From NCBI GenBank assembly GCA_948433885.1, contig CAOJEC010000001.1, positions 942-64,941 of the forward strand: DNA of 64,000 nt, written 5' to 3'. The position numbers and the translations under genes are program-made. The notes below the pieces were generated by a model that worked only from the letters and a program-made list of their open reading frames with translations, was not told the DNA's origin and did not search any database. Below, piece after piece: positions 50,439 through 60,292 of the stretch. Within the stretch, counting starts at the first letter, position 1, and every line of letters starts with the position of its first letter. The stretch comes from an uncultured bacterium. Lineage in GTDB: Bacteria; Bacillota_I; Bacilli_A; RF39; UBA660.

Positions 50439-51560
50439 ATGAAAAAAATAAAAGTTATGAGTATATTCGGAACGAGACCTGAAGCAATCAAAATGGCTCC
50501 TCTCGTGAAAGAGTTGGAAAGTAGAAATGAGGTAGAAAGTATAGTTTGTGTTACAGCACAACATAGAGAGATGCTGGATCAAGTTTTGCAAACTTTCGAT
50601 ATTACACCAAATTACGATTTAAATATCATGAAATCAGGTCAAACTTTGGCCGATATTACAACTCGTGCTCTGAATGGATTGGAAAGTGTCATAAAAGAAG
50701 TTAAGCCCGACATCGTTTTGGTTCATGGGGATACGACGACAACTTTTGCTGGAGCACTTGCAGCATTTTATAATCAGGTTTCTATAGGGCATGTTGAAGC
50801 AGGACTTAGAACTGAAGATAAATATTCACCTTTTCCTGAAGAGATGAATAGACAAATGGTTGACTGTATGACCGATATGTATTTTGCTCCGACAAATATA
50901 AGTAAGCAAAATCTTATAAAAGAAAATATAGATCCAAATAAAATATATGTTACAGGGAACACTGTTATTGATGCGATGGCTACGACAGTCGAGGACAATT
51001 ATTCACATGAAGAATTAGAGTGGATAAAACCTCATGAAAGAATGATTTTATTGACAGCACATAGACGAGAAAATCTAGGAGAGCCTATGAAACGTATATT
51101 TACGGCGATTAAAAGAATTGTAGATGAATTCGAGGACGTCAAAGTAGTTTATCCTATTCACATGAATCCTCTAGTTAGACAAGTCGCAAATGATATATTT
51201 AACGATACTGATCGGGTGAAACTTATTGAACCTTTGGAAGTTTTCGATTTTCATAATTTTCAAAACAAATCTTATTTGATTTTGACCGACAGTGGTGGCA
51301 TTCAAGAAGAAGCACCTAGTCTTGGAAAACCTGTACTAGTTCTGCGTGATACAACCGAAAGACCTGAAGGAATAGATGCAGGAACTTTGAAACTTGTTGG
51401 AACCGATGAGGATACCATATACGAAGAAACAAAAAAATTGTTGGAAGATATAGAAGAGTACAAAAAGATGAGTACAGCTAGCAATCCTTATGGAGATGGA
51501 GAAGCCAGTAAGAGAATCGTCGATGCCATAATAAATAAATTTACTTGTGAAGATAAATAA
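50439..51560 (+). CDS. wecB: UDP-N-acetylglucosamine 2-epimerase (non-hydrolysing)
   Basis: MKKIKVMSIFGTRPEAIKMAPLV, HVEAGLRT, and a C-terminal DSGGIQEEAPSLGKPVLVLRDTTERPE segment. Confidence 0.85.
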   Translation: MKKIKVMSIFGTRPEAIKMAPLVKELESRNEVESIVCVTAQHREMLDQVLQTFDITPNYDLNIMKSGQTLADITTRALNGLESVIKEVKPDIVLVHGDTTTTFAGALAAFYNQVSIGHVEAGLRTEDKYSPFPEEMNRQMVDCMTDMYFAPTNISKQNLIKENIDPNKIYVTGNTVIDAMATTVEDNYSHEELEWIKPHERMILLTAHRRENLGEPMKRIFTAIKRIVDEFEDVKVVYPIHMNPLVRQVANDIFNDTDRVKLIEPLEVFDFHNFQNKSYLILTDSGGIQEEAPSLGKPVLVLRDTTERPEGIDAGTLKLVGTDEDTIYEETKKLLEDIEEYKKMSTASNPYGDGEASKRIVDAIINKFTCEDK

Positions 51561-51640
51561 GTTGTTTAAAGATATATAACTAAAATCTTTTGGGTTTTTA
51601 GTTATTTACTTTTTTGTTTATATTTGATGGAGGATGTAAG

Positions 51641-52489
51641 ATGGTAAATTATATTAAATTGTTGAGAGTTAAACATTGGATCAAAAATCTATTGATTTTT
51701 ATTCCTTTGATATGCTCGGGGATGATAACGGGCGACAATATTGTCGGGTGTGTAATCGGTTTTTTTGCTTTCAGTACAATGTCATCGTTTATTTATATCA
51801 TCAATGATATCAGGGACATCGAGAAAGATAAACTTCATCCTGTAAAAAAAGAAAGACCACTGCCTAGTGGAAAAGTAAAAAAATCTATAGCAATAGCTAT
51901 TGCTATATTGGCGATTATATTTTCAATAATCGCCAATATATTAATTAATAAAACGCTATTATCCGACTCATTTTATTTATTGATAGCATATATGTTAATA
52001 AATTTAGGTTACAGTTTTGGTTTAAAAAACGTCGTTTTACTAGATATTATTTTGCTGGCTACGGGGTTTGTAATCAGAGTTTATTATGGTGCTAGCATTA
52101 TCGGTGTAGAAGTTTCAAGTTGGCTATTTTTGACTATATCTTCGGCAGCATTATTTTTAGGTTTAGGTAAAAGAAAAAAAGAATTCATAATTAGCAAAGA
52201 TGCACGAAAGGTATTGGTCGAATATAATGAAGAATTCTTGGATAAATTTCAATATTTATGTTTGACGTTGACTATCGTTTTCTATTCTCTATGGACTATC
52301 GAACAAGATTCGACTTACATCAAATTTAGTATTCCACTTTTGATAGTCGTATTCATGAAGTATTGCTTGACGATAGAGAAAGATATCGAAGGCGATCCTA
52401 CAACAATATTATATAAAGATAAATTTCTTTTGATTCTTTGTGTCTTATATGCCATTTTAATGTTGTTATTTATGGTGGTCATCCGATGA
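51641..52489 (+). CDS. UbiA-family prenyltransferase (decaprenyl-phosphate phosphoribosyltransferase-like)
   Basis: NDIRDIEKDKLHPVKKERPLPSG (the NDxxDxxxD motif) and 8-9 TM segments. Confidence 0.7.
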   Translation: MVNYIKLLRVKHWIKNLLIFIPLICSGMITGDNIVGCVIGFFAFSTMSSFIYIINDIRDIEKDKLHPVKKERPLPSGKVKKSIAIAIAILAIIFSIIANILINKTLLSDSFYLLIAYMLINLGYSFGLKNVVLLDIILLATGFVIRVYYGASIIGVEVSSWLFLTISSAALFLGLGKRKKEFIISKDARKVLVEYNEEFLDKFQYLCLTLTIVFYSLWTIEQDSTYIKFSIPLLIVVFMKYCLTIEKDIEGDPTTILYKDKFLLILCVLYAILMLLFMVVIR

Positions 52490-53037
52490 ACATATATGAT
52501 TTTGATGGGACAATTTACGATGGTGATTCTAGTATAGATTTTTATAAATATTGTATACGAACTAATATAAAGTGCATGTCGATTGTACCAAAAGTTATTT
52601 ATAAAATGATACTTTTTAAAATGAAAATGATCAGTAAAGAAGAATATAAATCGTCATTTTTTAGTTTTTTAAAATTTATCGATAATCCTGAATGTACAGT
52701 AGAACAATTTTGGAATAAATATCAAAAAAAAATAAAGAAATTTTATATAGATAAGAAAAAAAGTTCAGATATAATAATTAGTGCATCTCCTGAATTTCTT
52801 TTAAAACCGATAGTAAAAAAATTCGGTTGTAATTTGATCGCTACCGAAGTCAATATAAGGACCGGACAGCTATTGGAAAAAAATTGTTATGGATCAGAGA
52901 AAGTAGAGAGACTTAAAAAGTTGGGTATAAATAGCTGTAATGAATTTTATTCGGATTCTAGATCCGATGAACCATGTAAAAAGATTGCAAAAAAAGCATT
53001 TTTAGTACATAAAAATAACATAGATCGATGGCTATAA
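52486..53037 (+). CDS. HAD-superfamily hydrolase (subfamily IB-like phosphatase)
   Basis: N-terminal IYDFDGTIYDGDS (the DxDGT motif). ATGA overlap with the UbiA gene stop. Confidence 0.6.
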   Translation: MNIYDFDGTIYDGDSSIDFYKYCIRTNIKCMSIVPKVIYKMILFKMKMISKEEYKSSFFSFLKFIDNPECTVEQFWNKYQKKIKKFYIDKKKSSDIIISASPEFLLKPIVKKFGCNLIATEVNIRTGQLLEKNCYGSEKVERLKKLGINSCNEFYSDSRSDEPCKKIAKKAFLVHKNNIDRWL

Positions 53038-53210
53038 ATAAATCTAATTTTTATTTTTTTTAATAATTGCTTTTTGGTCTTCAAACTTAAAATTGAATAT
53101 ATATTTTTGTTACAGGAGGTATGGGGAAACATTGTAAATGTTTCTTTTTTTTGATACAATTGAATCGATGAACTAGTAGAGATATAGTCCAATGAAGAAA
53201 GAGAGTTATT

Positions 53211-54482
53211 ATGAAGGATAAATTTACAAAATTGATAAATGTGTATAAAAAATATGGTTTTGTAGGATTTTTGAAAAAATTGTATGCCTATGTCGTGGCA
53301 AATTATTTTAACAAGATAAGTTTTGCAGTATTTTTTAATAAAGGTAAGTATTGTAGACAATTGGAAGAAATTTTACGGGACTGTGATTACGATAGAATCG
53401 TTTTATGGAGAAGCAGTTTTGGATACGACGTTCCTCTATTTCAAAGACCTCAACATATTGCCAAAAATTTATCTAAGAACAAATGCTTGGTATTTTATGA
53501 AGTTACGACGATGACCGACAAGGTAAAGATATTCAAAAAACAAAGTGATAACATCTATTTATTAAATTTTAATAACATTGCTCTCAATAAATTGTTGATG
53601 AAGGCATTGAGTAAAATCGATAAGCCGAAGTATATACAACTATATTGTACAGATTGGAAGTTGACTGTCAAAGATATCGAAGATTATATGAGCGAAGGAT
53701 TCAAATTCATCTACGAATATGTGGATGATCTTTCTCCGGATTTGGCGGGTACTAAGGATATTCCTAAAAATATTGTAGATAAATATGAATACGTGATGTC
53801 GCATGATGAAGTGTATGTCATAGTGACTGCTAGTGCTTTGGAAGAGGACGTCGTCAAACGAAGAGGACGCAAAAACTTGGCATTTTCTTCGAATGGAGTA
53901 GACTATGAATATTTTCAAGAATACGATGAAAATTTTGTCGTCGATGAAGAATTTCAACGTGTTTTGGACATCGGCAAGCCTATCGTATGTTATTATGGTG
54001 CATTGGCCAAATGGTTCGATTACGAGTTGATTAAAAAAATCGACGCCGAAGGAAAGTACAGTGTGGTTTTATTCGGAATAAAATACGACGATGCATTCGA
54101 TGAAAGTGGAATAAACGAATTGGAAAACGTTCATTTCTTAGGAACTAGAGATTACAAAGTGCTCAAATACTATGCTCAAAAGTGCGATGTACTCACGATT
54201 CCGTTCATCTTGAACAATATTACCGCGGCTACAAGTCCTGTCAAGATATTTGAATACATGGCTATGCATAAGCCAATCGTCATTACCGATTTGAAGGAAT
54301 GCCGTCAATATAAGAGTGTGATGATCGCAAAGACTCATGAAGAATTCATACAACTAATCGAAGAGGCACTTTCAAAGGAGAACGATGAAAAGAGTATTGC
54401 TCTTTTGGATAAAGAAGCAAGAGAGAACGATTGGCAAGAGAAAGCAAAAGTGATAGTCGATACTATCAGTAAAGATGAGTAA
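53211..54482 (+). CDS. glycosyltransferase (GT4-like C-terminal domain)
   Basis: The C-terminus (DVLTIPFILNNITAATSPVKIFEYMAMHKPIVITD) resembles the GT-B EX7E region. Confidence 0.55.
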   Translation: MKDKFTKLINVYKKYGFVGFLKKLYAYVVANYFNKISFAVFFNKGKYCRQLEEILRDCDYDRIVLWRSSFGYDVPLFQRPQHIAKNLSKNKCLVFYEVTTMTDKVKIFKKQSDNIYLLNFNNIALNKLLMKALSKIDKPKYIQLYCTDWKLTVKDIEDYMSEGFKFIYEYVDDLSPDLAGTKDIPKNIVDKYEYVMSHDEVYVIVTASALEEDVVKRRGRKNLAFSSNGVDYEYFQEYDENFVVDEEFQRVLDIGKPIVCYYGALAKWFDYELIKKIDAEGKYSVVLFGIKYDDAFDESGINELENVHFLGTRDYKVLKYYAQKCDVLTIPFILNNITAATSPVKIFEYMAMHKPIVITDLKECRQYKSVMIAKTHEEFIQLIEEALSKENDEKSIALLDKEARENDWQEKAKVIVDTISKDE

Positions 54483-54512
54483 AATAGGAGAAGTTTTATT
54501 GAAAGAAGGAAA

Positions 54513-55292
54513 ATGTCAAAAATGAAAGGTGTCGTTTTAGCAGCGGGAAAAGGGACGAGATTGTATCCTTTGACTAAGTGTATTCCAAAAGTTTTATTGC
54601 CGGTGTACGATGTGCCGATGATACACTTTGCATTGGATTTTATGAAACGTTCGAAAGTCGATGAGGTAGCAATAGTGATATCTCGCGAAGATGAAGTGTT
54701 GATGAAAAAGATTTTGAATGATGGATTCAATTATGGACTCAAAATCGAGTACTTTATTCAAGAGGAACCTAATGGTACGGCAGGCGCGCTTAAAGTTGCT
54801 GCATCTTTTATAAAGAATGAAGATGTTCTATTGTATTATGGAGATAATGTCTTGTTAGGAAGAGACATCGATAAATTGATCGAAGAGGGAAAAGCAAATT
54901 TAGAAAAAGGATTTGCAAGTTTGCTAGCATATGAAGTAGAAAATCCATCGTCTTATGGAGTATTGGAAATAGATTCCGACAATAAAATAGTGTCTTTAGA
55001 GGAGAAACCGGTTGTACCTAAAAGTTCGCTTATAGCACCTGGTGTATATTTTTATCCTAAGGACGTGGTCGATAAGCTCGAAGAGATCGATTTATCACCA
55101 CGTGGAGAATACGAGATGACTGATGTTAACGATCTCTATTTGAAGGAAAGTAGATTACTTGCAATTAGAGTACCTAGTACAGTCGTGTGGTACGATACAG
55201 GAAATGCAGACGTTCTTTTGCAAGCAGCTAACGATTATAAAAAAATGAAAGGTGAGGAATGGTTTACTCATGAAAAAGATAATACGAAATAA
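54513..55292 (+). CDS. sugar-phosphate nucleotidyltransferase
   Basis: MKGVVLAAGKGTRLYPLT (G-x-G-T-R-L) signature. Confidence 0.75.
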   Translation: MSKMKGVVLAAGKGTRLYPLTKCIPKVLLPVYDVPMIHFALDFMKRSKVDEVAIVISREDEVLMKKILNDGFNYGLKIEYFIQEEPNGTAGALKVAASFIKNEDVLLYYGDNVLLGRDIDKLIEEGKANLEKGFASLLAYEVENPSSYGVLEIDSDNKIVSLEEKPVVPKSSLIAPGVYFYPKDVVDKLEEIDLSPRGEYEMTDVNDLYLKESRLLAIRVPSTVVWYDTGNADVLLQAANDYKKMKGEEWFTHEKDNTK

Positions 55293-56763
55293 TTGGAAAT
55301 GGATTTTAGGCTTTGTGCTGATATTCCTTTGTTCTTTGGTACTTCCTTTTTCAGGAGACGACTTGGATTGGGGGATGAAGTCTATAAGCGAGTATGGTTC
55401 TCTCCTTGTAGACCCTACTTTAAATGGTCGTTATGTGGGGAATTTTTTAGTCATATTGATAACAAAACACGCGGTTATTAGATCACTAGTCACCGCCCTG
55501 ATTGTGATGGGCATCATATATATGATTGTAAAAGAAACGAAGGCTCCTTTAATATTCGTCTGTTTATTGATCATCTTGATGCCAGTATCTATTTTTCGCC
55601 AAAGTATAACTTGGGCTAGTGGTTTTACCAATTATACGATTTCTACTTTGGGATTGCTCATCATACTTGTGGGAATCAGGCAAATATTTTTAGATAAATA
55701 TGATGAAAAATATAAAGTGGTAATTCCAATTTTGATTTTTTTGACATCGTTTTTTCTCGAAAATGTAACTTTATTTTTGACACTTTTGACGATTGCAGTA
55801 AATGTTTTTTATTATATCAAACATAAAAAGTGGAATAAACTTTTGGTGATTTGTTCGATAGTTTCCATTATAGGAACAATCCTTATGTTCATTCAACCTG
55901 CATATCGCTCGGTTGCATCGGGTGATGACGGATATCGAACAATAGCAAACAGTTTAAGAGGGACAATCATCCGCTGTGTGGTGAACTACGTTTATTTTAT
56001 TCATCGGTTCGTCGCCTTCGAAAATGTCATATTGCTAACGGTCATCACCCTAAGCTTAAGACTATATTTTAAGAAGAATGAAAAAGATTATCCGAAGTCG
56101 AAAATTACTATCTTAAATGTAACTTTTTGTATCGCAATGGCATTTTTGACATATGTGGCGTTACTCAGTATTAATCCAAGTTGGCAATTGGACGATAAAA
56201 TACAAAATTACTTGAATGCTTTTCTTTCTCTAATTTTCATATTCAATACTTTGGTACAAATAATAGTTTTGTTTTATTCTAAGAAAAGTTTTTGGAAAGT
56301 GACCATGCCATTAATTTGCATAACGGGTTTAATCGCACCGCTTTTCTTAGTCGATCCGTTAGGACCTAGAAACTTTTTTGTCATATACGTACTCGAGATG
56401 ATAGAAACATTTTATATTTTGAACGAAGCAAAATTCGATTATGAAGATTTCAAATATGGCGCAGCTACTGTACTAGCAGTCATGATCGTCTATTATTTCA
56501 GTATATATGCGAGAATATCGATTGTTTATTTGCAAAGAGATAATTACATCGAGTATATGTCTTCCCAAACAGTAGATCAATTAGTCGTCGTTCCTGAGGT
56601 ACCTTTTAAGGAATTTGTACATTATGACAACTTTTCTGATAAACATATGAATTATGTTTATAATAAAAATAAGAATGTTCGTGAAGATATAAAGTACTCA
56701 TTCATTCCATATGTAGATTGGGTAAATATGATGTGGAAGAGTGGTTACAAAATAGTCCCTTGA
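55270..56763 (+). CDS. polytopic membrane protein (GT-C-like), unknown function
   Basis: About 500 aa, 12 or more TM segments. ATG 55270 is preferred over the upstream GTG. Confidence 0.4.
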   Translation: MKKIIRNNWKWILGFVLIFLCSLVLPFSGDDLDWGMKSISEYGSLLVDPTLNGRYVGNFLVILITKHAVIRSLVTALIVMGIIYMIVKETKAPLIFVCLLIILMPVSIFRQSITWASGFTNYTISTLGLLIILVGIRQIFLDKYDEKYKVVIPILIFLTSFFLENVTLFLTLLTIAVNVFYYIKHKKWNKLLVICSIVSIIGTILMFIQPAYRSVASGDDGYRTIANSLRGTIIRCVVNYVYFIHRFVAFENVILLTVITLSLRLYFKKNEKDYPKSKITILNVTFCIAMAFLTYVALLSINPSWQLDDKIQNYLNAFLSLIFIFNTLVQIIVLFYSKKSFWKVTMPLICITGLIAPLFLVDPLGPRNFFVIYVLEMIETFYILNEAKFDYEDFKYGAATVLAVMIVYYFSIYARISIVYLQRDNYIEYMSSQTVDQLVVVPEVPFKEFVHYDNFSDKHMNYVYNKNKNVREDIKYSFIPYVDWVNMMWKSGYKIVP

Positions 56764-56819
56764 GTTTGACTTATCGTGTGAAATGTAGTATAAATATAAA
56801 AGAAGAATGGTGATAGAAA

Positions 56820-57395
56820 ATGAAAAAAATGTTATTTGTAATATTCATGTTGGGAGTCGTTGTTTGTTTGTCAGGTTGTGGCAGCAAAGATGAAATCAAA
56901 ACATATAATGTCGAAATGAAGATAAAGGATAAAGGTATTATCAAGTTAGAATTGGATGCCGAACAAGCTCCTATAACAGTTAAAAATTTTATCAAGCTTG
57001 TAGAAGATGGATTTTATGATGGACTTACTTTCCATCGTGTTGTAGAAAACTTTATGATTCAAGGAGGAGATCCTTTAGGTACTGGACTCGGTGGATCTGA
57101 GAAAAAGATCAAAGGTGAATTCGAACTCAATGGAGTGACTAACGAAATAAAGCATACCCGTGGAACTATATCGATGGCTCGTTCTAAGGACTATGACAGT
57201 GCGAGTAGTCAGTTTTTCATAGTACACAAAGATAGTCCACATTTGAATGGTCAATATGCGGCATTTGGTCACGTTACGGAAGGTATGGATATAGTCGACG
57301 ACATAGCAGAGAATACTCCTGTAGAAGATGAATACGTCGCCAAAAAGGATCAACCAGTTATAGAATATATCAAAATCCTCGAAGATGAAGACTAA
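56820..57395 (+). CDS. ppiB: cyclophilin-type peptidyl-prolyl cis-trans isomerase lipoprotein
   Basis: Lipobox LSGCGS, then FHRVVENFMIQGGDP and ...QFFIVHKDSPHLNGQYAAFG, which are cyclophilin signatures. Confidence 0.85.
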   Translation: MKKMLFVIFMLGVVVCLSGCGSKDEIKTYNVEMKIKDKGIIKLELDAEQAPITVKNFIKLVEDGFYDGLTFHRVVENFMIQGGDPLGTGLGGSEKKIKGEFELNGVTNEIKHTRGTISMARSKDYDSASSQFFIVHKDSPHLNGQYAAFGHVTEGMDIVDDIAENTPVEDEYVAKKDQPVIEYIKILEDED

Positions 57396-57406
57396 GGTGA
57401 ATCGAA

Positions 57407-57832
57407 ATGTTTAAGAAGTTACTAGATATCTATAAAAAACACGAAGAGATAATCAACTATATCATCGTAGGCGGATGCACGACTGTGGTCAGCCTTGTAA
57501 GTTATTACTTATGTGTTTTTACAGTGTTCAATCCAGAAAATGTATTGTTGTTACAGTGTGCCAATGTCATATCTTGGTTAGTTGCTGTGACTTTTGCCTT
57601 TTTCACAAATAGATCGTTTGTTTTCAAGAGTAAGAATCCGAAGATATTCGAAGAAGCCACAAAGTTCTATGGAGCTAGGGTTTTGACCTTGCTCGTAGAT
57701 ATGCTGTTCATGTTTTTGACAGTTACAGTGCTGCATTTGAATGATAAGATCATGAAGATCATTGCTCAAGTTGTGATTACCATTTTGAACTATATTATAA
57801 GTAAAGCATTGGTGTTTATAAAAGAAAAATGA
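57407..57832 (+). CDS. GtrA-family membrane protein
   Basis: 141 aa, 4 TM, with the GtrA-like INYIIVGGCTTVVSLVSYYL motif. Sits at the end of the glycopolymer locus. Confidence 0.7.
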   Translation: MFKKLLDIYKKHEEIINYIIVGGCTTVVSLVSYYLCVFTVFNPENVLLLQCANVISWLVAVTFAFFTNRSFVFKSKNPKIFEEATKFYGARVLTLLVDMLFMFLTVTVLHLNDKIMKIIAQVVITILNYIISKALVFIKEK

Positions 57833-57916
57833 TGCGAGTTCCAAATGGAACTTTTTAATTTTATAAAATATATCATTTTATCAATTTATTTGATCATAAT
57901 AAAAAAGAAGAAACCC

Positions 57917-58870
57917 CTAAGAGCATTCTTCTTCGTCTTTCGAAGAAACGACTATTTTTTCGATTTCTTCAATTGGCAATTTTGTGAGTTTGCTTACTTC
58001 TTCGATTGTCATGTCTTCAAGCATTCGTATGATGATTTTTCTCTGTCCAACTAGTTCGCCTTGTTCAAAACCTTCTTCACGACCTTGTTTAAGACCCTTT
58101 TCAAGACCTTTGGCCTCACCATCGACTAATCCCGTACTGTATAAGGATTCTTTCATGTACTCTTCTCGGTCGTAGAATAAGTAGTTATCCAAATTTTCAT
58201 CTAAATCGTAAAGTTGGTCTTTCACTTTTTCCATTATCTCATCACCCACGTATACTTTGTCTAAGACATCTTTGTTGTTGCATACGAATACGTATAACAA
58301 TCTTTCCAAACTGTCACTTTCATATTTCTCGAGATTATTGTAATTCATTTCAGCCAAAAAATCTAGATTAATATCGACTATTTTCAAACAATCGTTTCTA
58401 ATTTGATGTAGGGCATCTTCACTTATGTGAGAAGTGTAGATGAATTTACCTTGTGAAAAGCGATCGTAGCCGTTTATATTTATTTGCAATACTTTTTTGA
58501 TTTTGGAATATACTTTGGGAGTTTTACTTTTGAGTTGTCTCAAGAAGAGTTCACAAATGTAGCACATGTTCTTGAAATCGGTAATCGGATTGTGAGAGTA
58601 GTTGATCTCGACATTGTAGTACGAATGATCATCTTTTACGACTATATCTGCGATGTTGTTGACTAAGCCATTAGAAAGACCCAATCTAGTGCTGACGACA
58701 TCGAAAGAGTCGGGATCTAAGTCGAGACCAGTCGCAGCAGATATCACTTTCAGTAGATAATCTCTATTTCGCTCGTCGCTCAAGATTTTAGTAGCGTAAA
58801 TATCTTTGAGGTACAAGAAGCGAGAGTTCTGATGAAGAGATTCAGAGGACACATATTTACATTCAGCCAA
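57917..58870 (-). CDS. Rpn-family recombination-promoting nuclease / putative transposase (PD-(D/E)XK)
   Basis: The N-terminal nuclease core and the C-terminal GxxxG-rich repeat (EAKGLEKGLKQGREEGFEQGELVGQRK) are typical of TIGR01784/YhgA-like proteins. TTG start after aaggaggtg. Confidence 0.65.
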   Translation of the reverse strand: MAECKYVSSESLHQNSRFLYLKDIYATKILSDERNRDYLLKVISAATGLDLDPDSFDVVSTRLGLSNGLVNNIADIVVKDDHSYYNVEINYSHNPITDFKNMCYICELFLRQLKSKTPKVYSKIKKVLQININGYDRFSQGKFIYTSHISEDALHQIRNDCLKIVDINLDFLAEMNYNNLEKYESDSLERLLYVFVCNNKDVLDKVYVGDEIMEKVKDQLYDLDENLDNYLFYDREEYMKESLYSTGLVDGEAKGLEKGLKQGREEGFEQGELVGQRKIIIRMLEDMTIEEVSKLTKLPIEEIEKIVVSSKDEEECS

Positions 58871-59082
58871 GTTTTACACCTCCTTTCTGATTTAATTTTT
58901 CACAGAGAGTTTTTTAGACCCTCTACTATTATTCTACCGACGAGTTTCGATTTTTCTCATTTATTTTTTCATTTTGGGCGAAAAAAATGAACAGGTGTAT
59001 GTGGATTTATCAAAAAAGTAATTTTGTATAATTAAAGTTAAATGGCATATAATATGTATATAAGTATAAAAATTCAAATTAA

Positions 59083-59109
59083 TTAGCACTTAGTGTTGAC
59101 AAGTGCTAA
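59083..59109 (+). promoter_or_regulatory. CIRCE operator (HrcA box) overlapping the hsp20 promoter
   Basis: TTAGCACTT-N9-AAGTGCTAA matches the CIRCE consensus TTAGCACTC-N9-GAGTGCTAA. TTGACA (59095-59100) sits in the spacer and TATGAT 17 nt downstream. Confidence 0.7.
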
Positions 59110-59149
59110 TTATGGTGGTATGATTATATCAGAAAGGTGATGAAGAATT

Positions 59150-59542
59150 ATGAATTTAATTCCTAGAAAATATTATTTGGGTGACGATTTCTTTGACGAT
59201 TTCTTTAGTCCTACCTTAAAGGACGAAATGAAATGCGATGTTTACGAGAAAGATGGTAACTACCATATCGAATTGGAAACACCGGGATACGATAAAGATG
59301 ATATTTCTATCGAATGTGATAACGGTTATTTGACTATCACTGCGACAAAAGTTTCTTCTAACGAAGATGAGACTAGAAACTACATCCGTCGTGAGAGAAG
59401 AACAGGAAGTTTCAGCCGCTCATTTTATGTAGGCGATATAGATCCTGAGGCTGTCGAAGCAGAATTTAAAAAAGGTATTTTGCAAGTGGTTGTTCCTAAA
59501 ATAGAAGAAAAACCTACTAAAAAACAAATAACAATAAAATAG
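59150..59542 (+). CDS. Hsp20/alpha-crystallin family small heat-shock protein
   Basis: Alpha-crystallin domain (DVYEKDGNYHIELETPGYDKDDISIECDNGYLTITA). RBS aaaggtga. Confidence 0.85.
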   Translation: MNLIPRKYYLGDDFFDDFFSPTLKDEMKCDVYEKDGNYHIELETPGYDKDDISIECDNGYLTITATKVSSNEDETRNYIRRERRTGSFSRSFYVGDIDPEAVEAEFKKGILQVVVPKIEEKPTKKQITIK

Positions 59543-59654
59543 TATAAAAATCGAAACTATGTACATAATAATATTGTAGATAAAAGTTTTGATTTATCTA
59601 TACTCGGTTCTTGTTAACCGTTTTAAGGGCAAAATGCCGTGTAAAAAGGCACTC

Positions 59655-59690
59655 CATAGGAGTGCTCTTTTTATGTAAGATGTACGTTGT
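59655..59690 (+). terminator. terminator after hsp20
   Basis: ggcactcc-ata-ggagtgct followed by CTTTTT. Confidence 0.5.
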
Positions 59691-59723
59691 AGGTCATTTT
59701 ACAAAATTGATAGTAAAATGTAT

Positions 59724-59752
59724 TGACCAAATTATAGATTATCTTATATAAT
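59724..59752 (+). promoter_or_regulatory. sigma-A type promoter for the tsaE operon
   Basis: TTGACC, a 17-nt spacer, then TATAAT. About 18 nt upstream of the RBS/ATG of 59770. Confidence 0.4.
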
Positions 59753-59769
59753 TATTTTGGTGATATAAT

Positions 59770-60231
59770 ATGGAAATAGAATATAAATATACAAGTCACA
59801 ATGAACAAGATACTATGGAGCTTGCCCAAAACATGGAATCTGAAAAATTTCCTAATATGGTCATCTGTTTGAAAGGTGAACTCGGAAGTGGTAAGACAGT
59901 TTTTGTAAAAGGGTTCGCTCAATCTTTGGGTATAGACGAAAATATAACTAGTCCGACATTCAATTTGGTCAAAGAATACCATTCAGGAGAGATGCCACTT
60001 TATCACATGGATGTATATCGTTTGGAAGATGGAGACGATGGTACTATCGGATTGACTGATTATTTTTCTAAAGGTGGAGTGACTATCATAGAATGGTCAG
60101 ACATCATAAAAGATTCTTTGCCAGATGAAAGATTAGAAATAAAGTTCAAAGTGATAGACGAAGAAATGAGAGTTTTGATTCTAACTCCTTACGGAGAAGC
60201 ATACGAAGATTTGCTAAGTGCCGTGTTGTAG
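59770..60231 (+). CDS. tsaE: tRNA threonylcarbamoyladenosine biosynthesis protein TsaE
   Basis: P-loop GELGSGKT. Size and position upstream of tsaB-rimI-tsaD fit. Confidence 0.8.
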   Translation: MEIEYKYTSHNEQDTMELAQNMESEKFPNMVICLKGELGSGKTVFVKGFAQSLGIDENITSPTFNLVKEYHSGEMPLYHMDVYRLEDGDDGTIGLTDYFSKGGVTIIEWSDIIKDSLPDERLEIKFKVIDEEMRVLILTPYGEAYEDLLSAVL

Positions 60232-60292
60232 AGTTTACTCTATTTTTTTTTGGAAAAATGCGATATAATATTGGCGTTTGGAGGGGTCTTAA

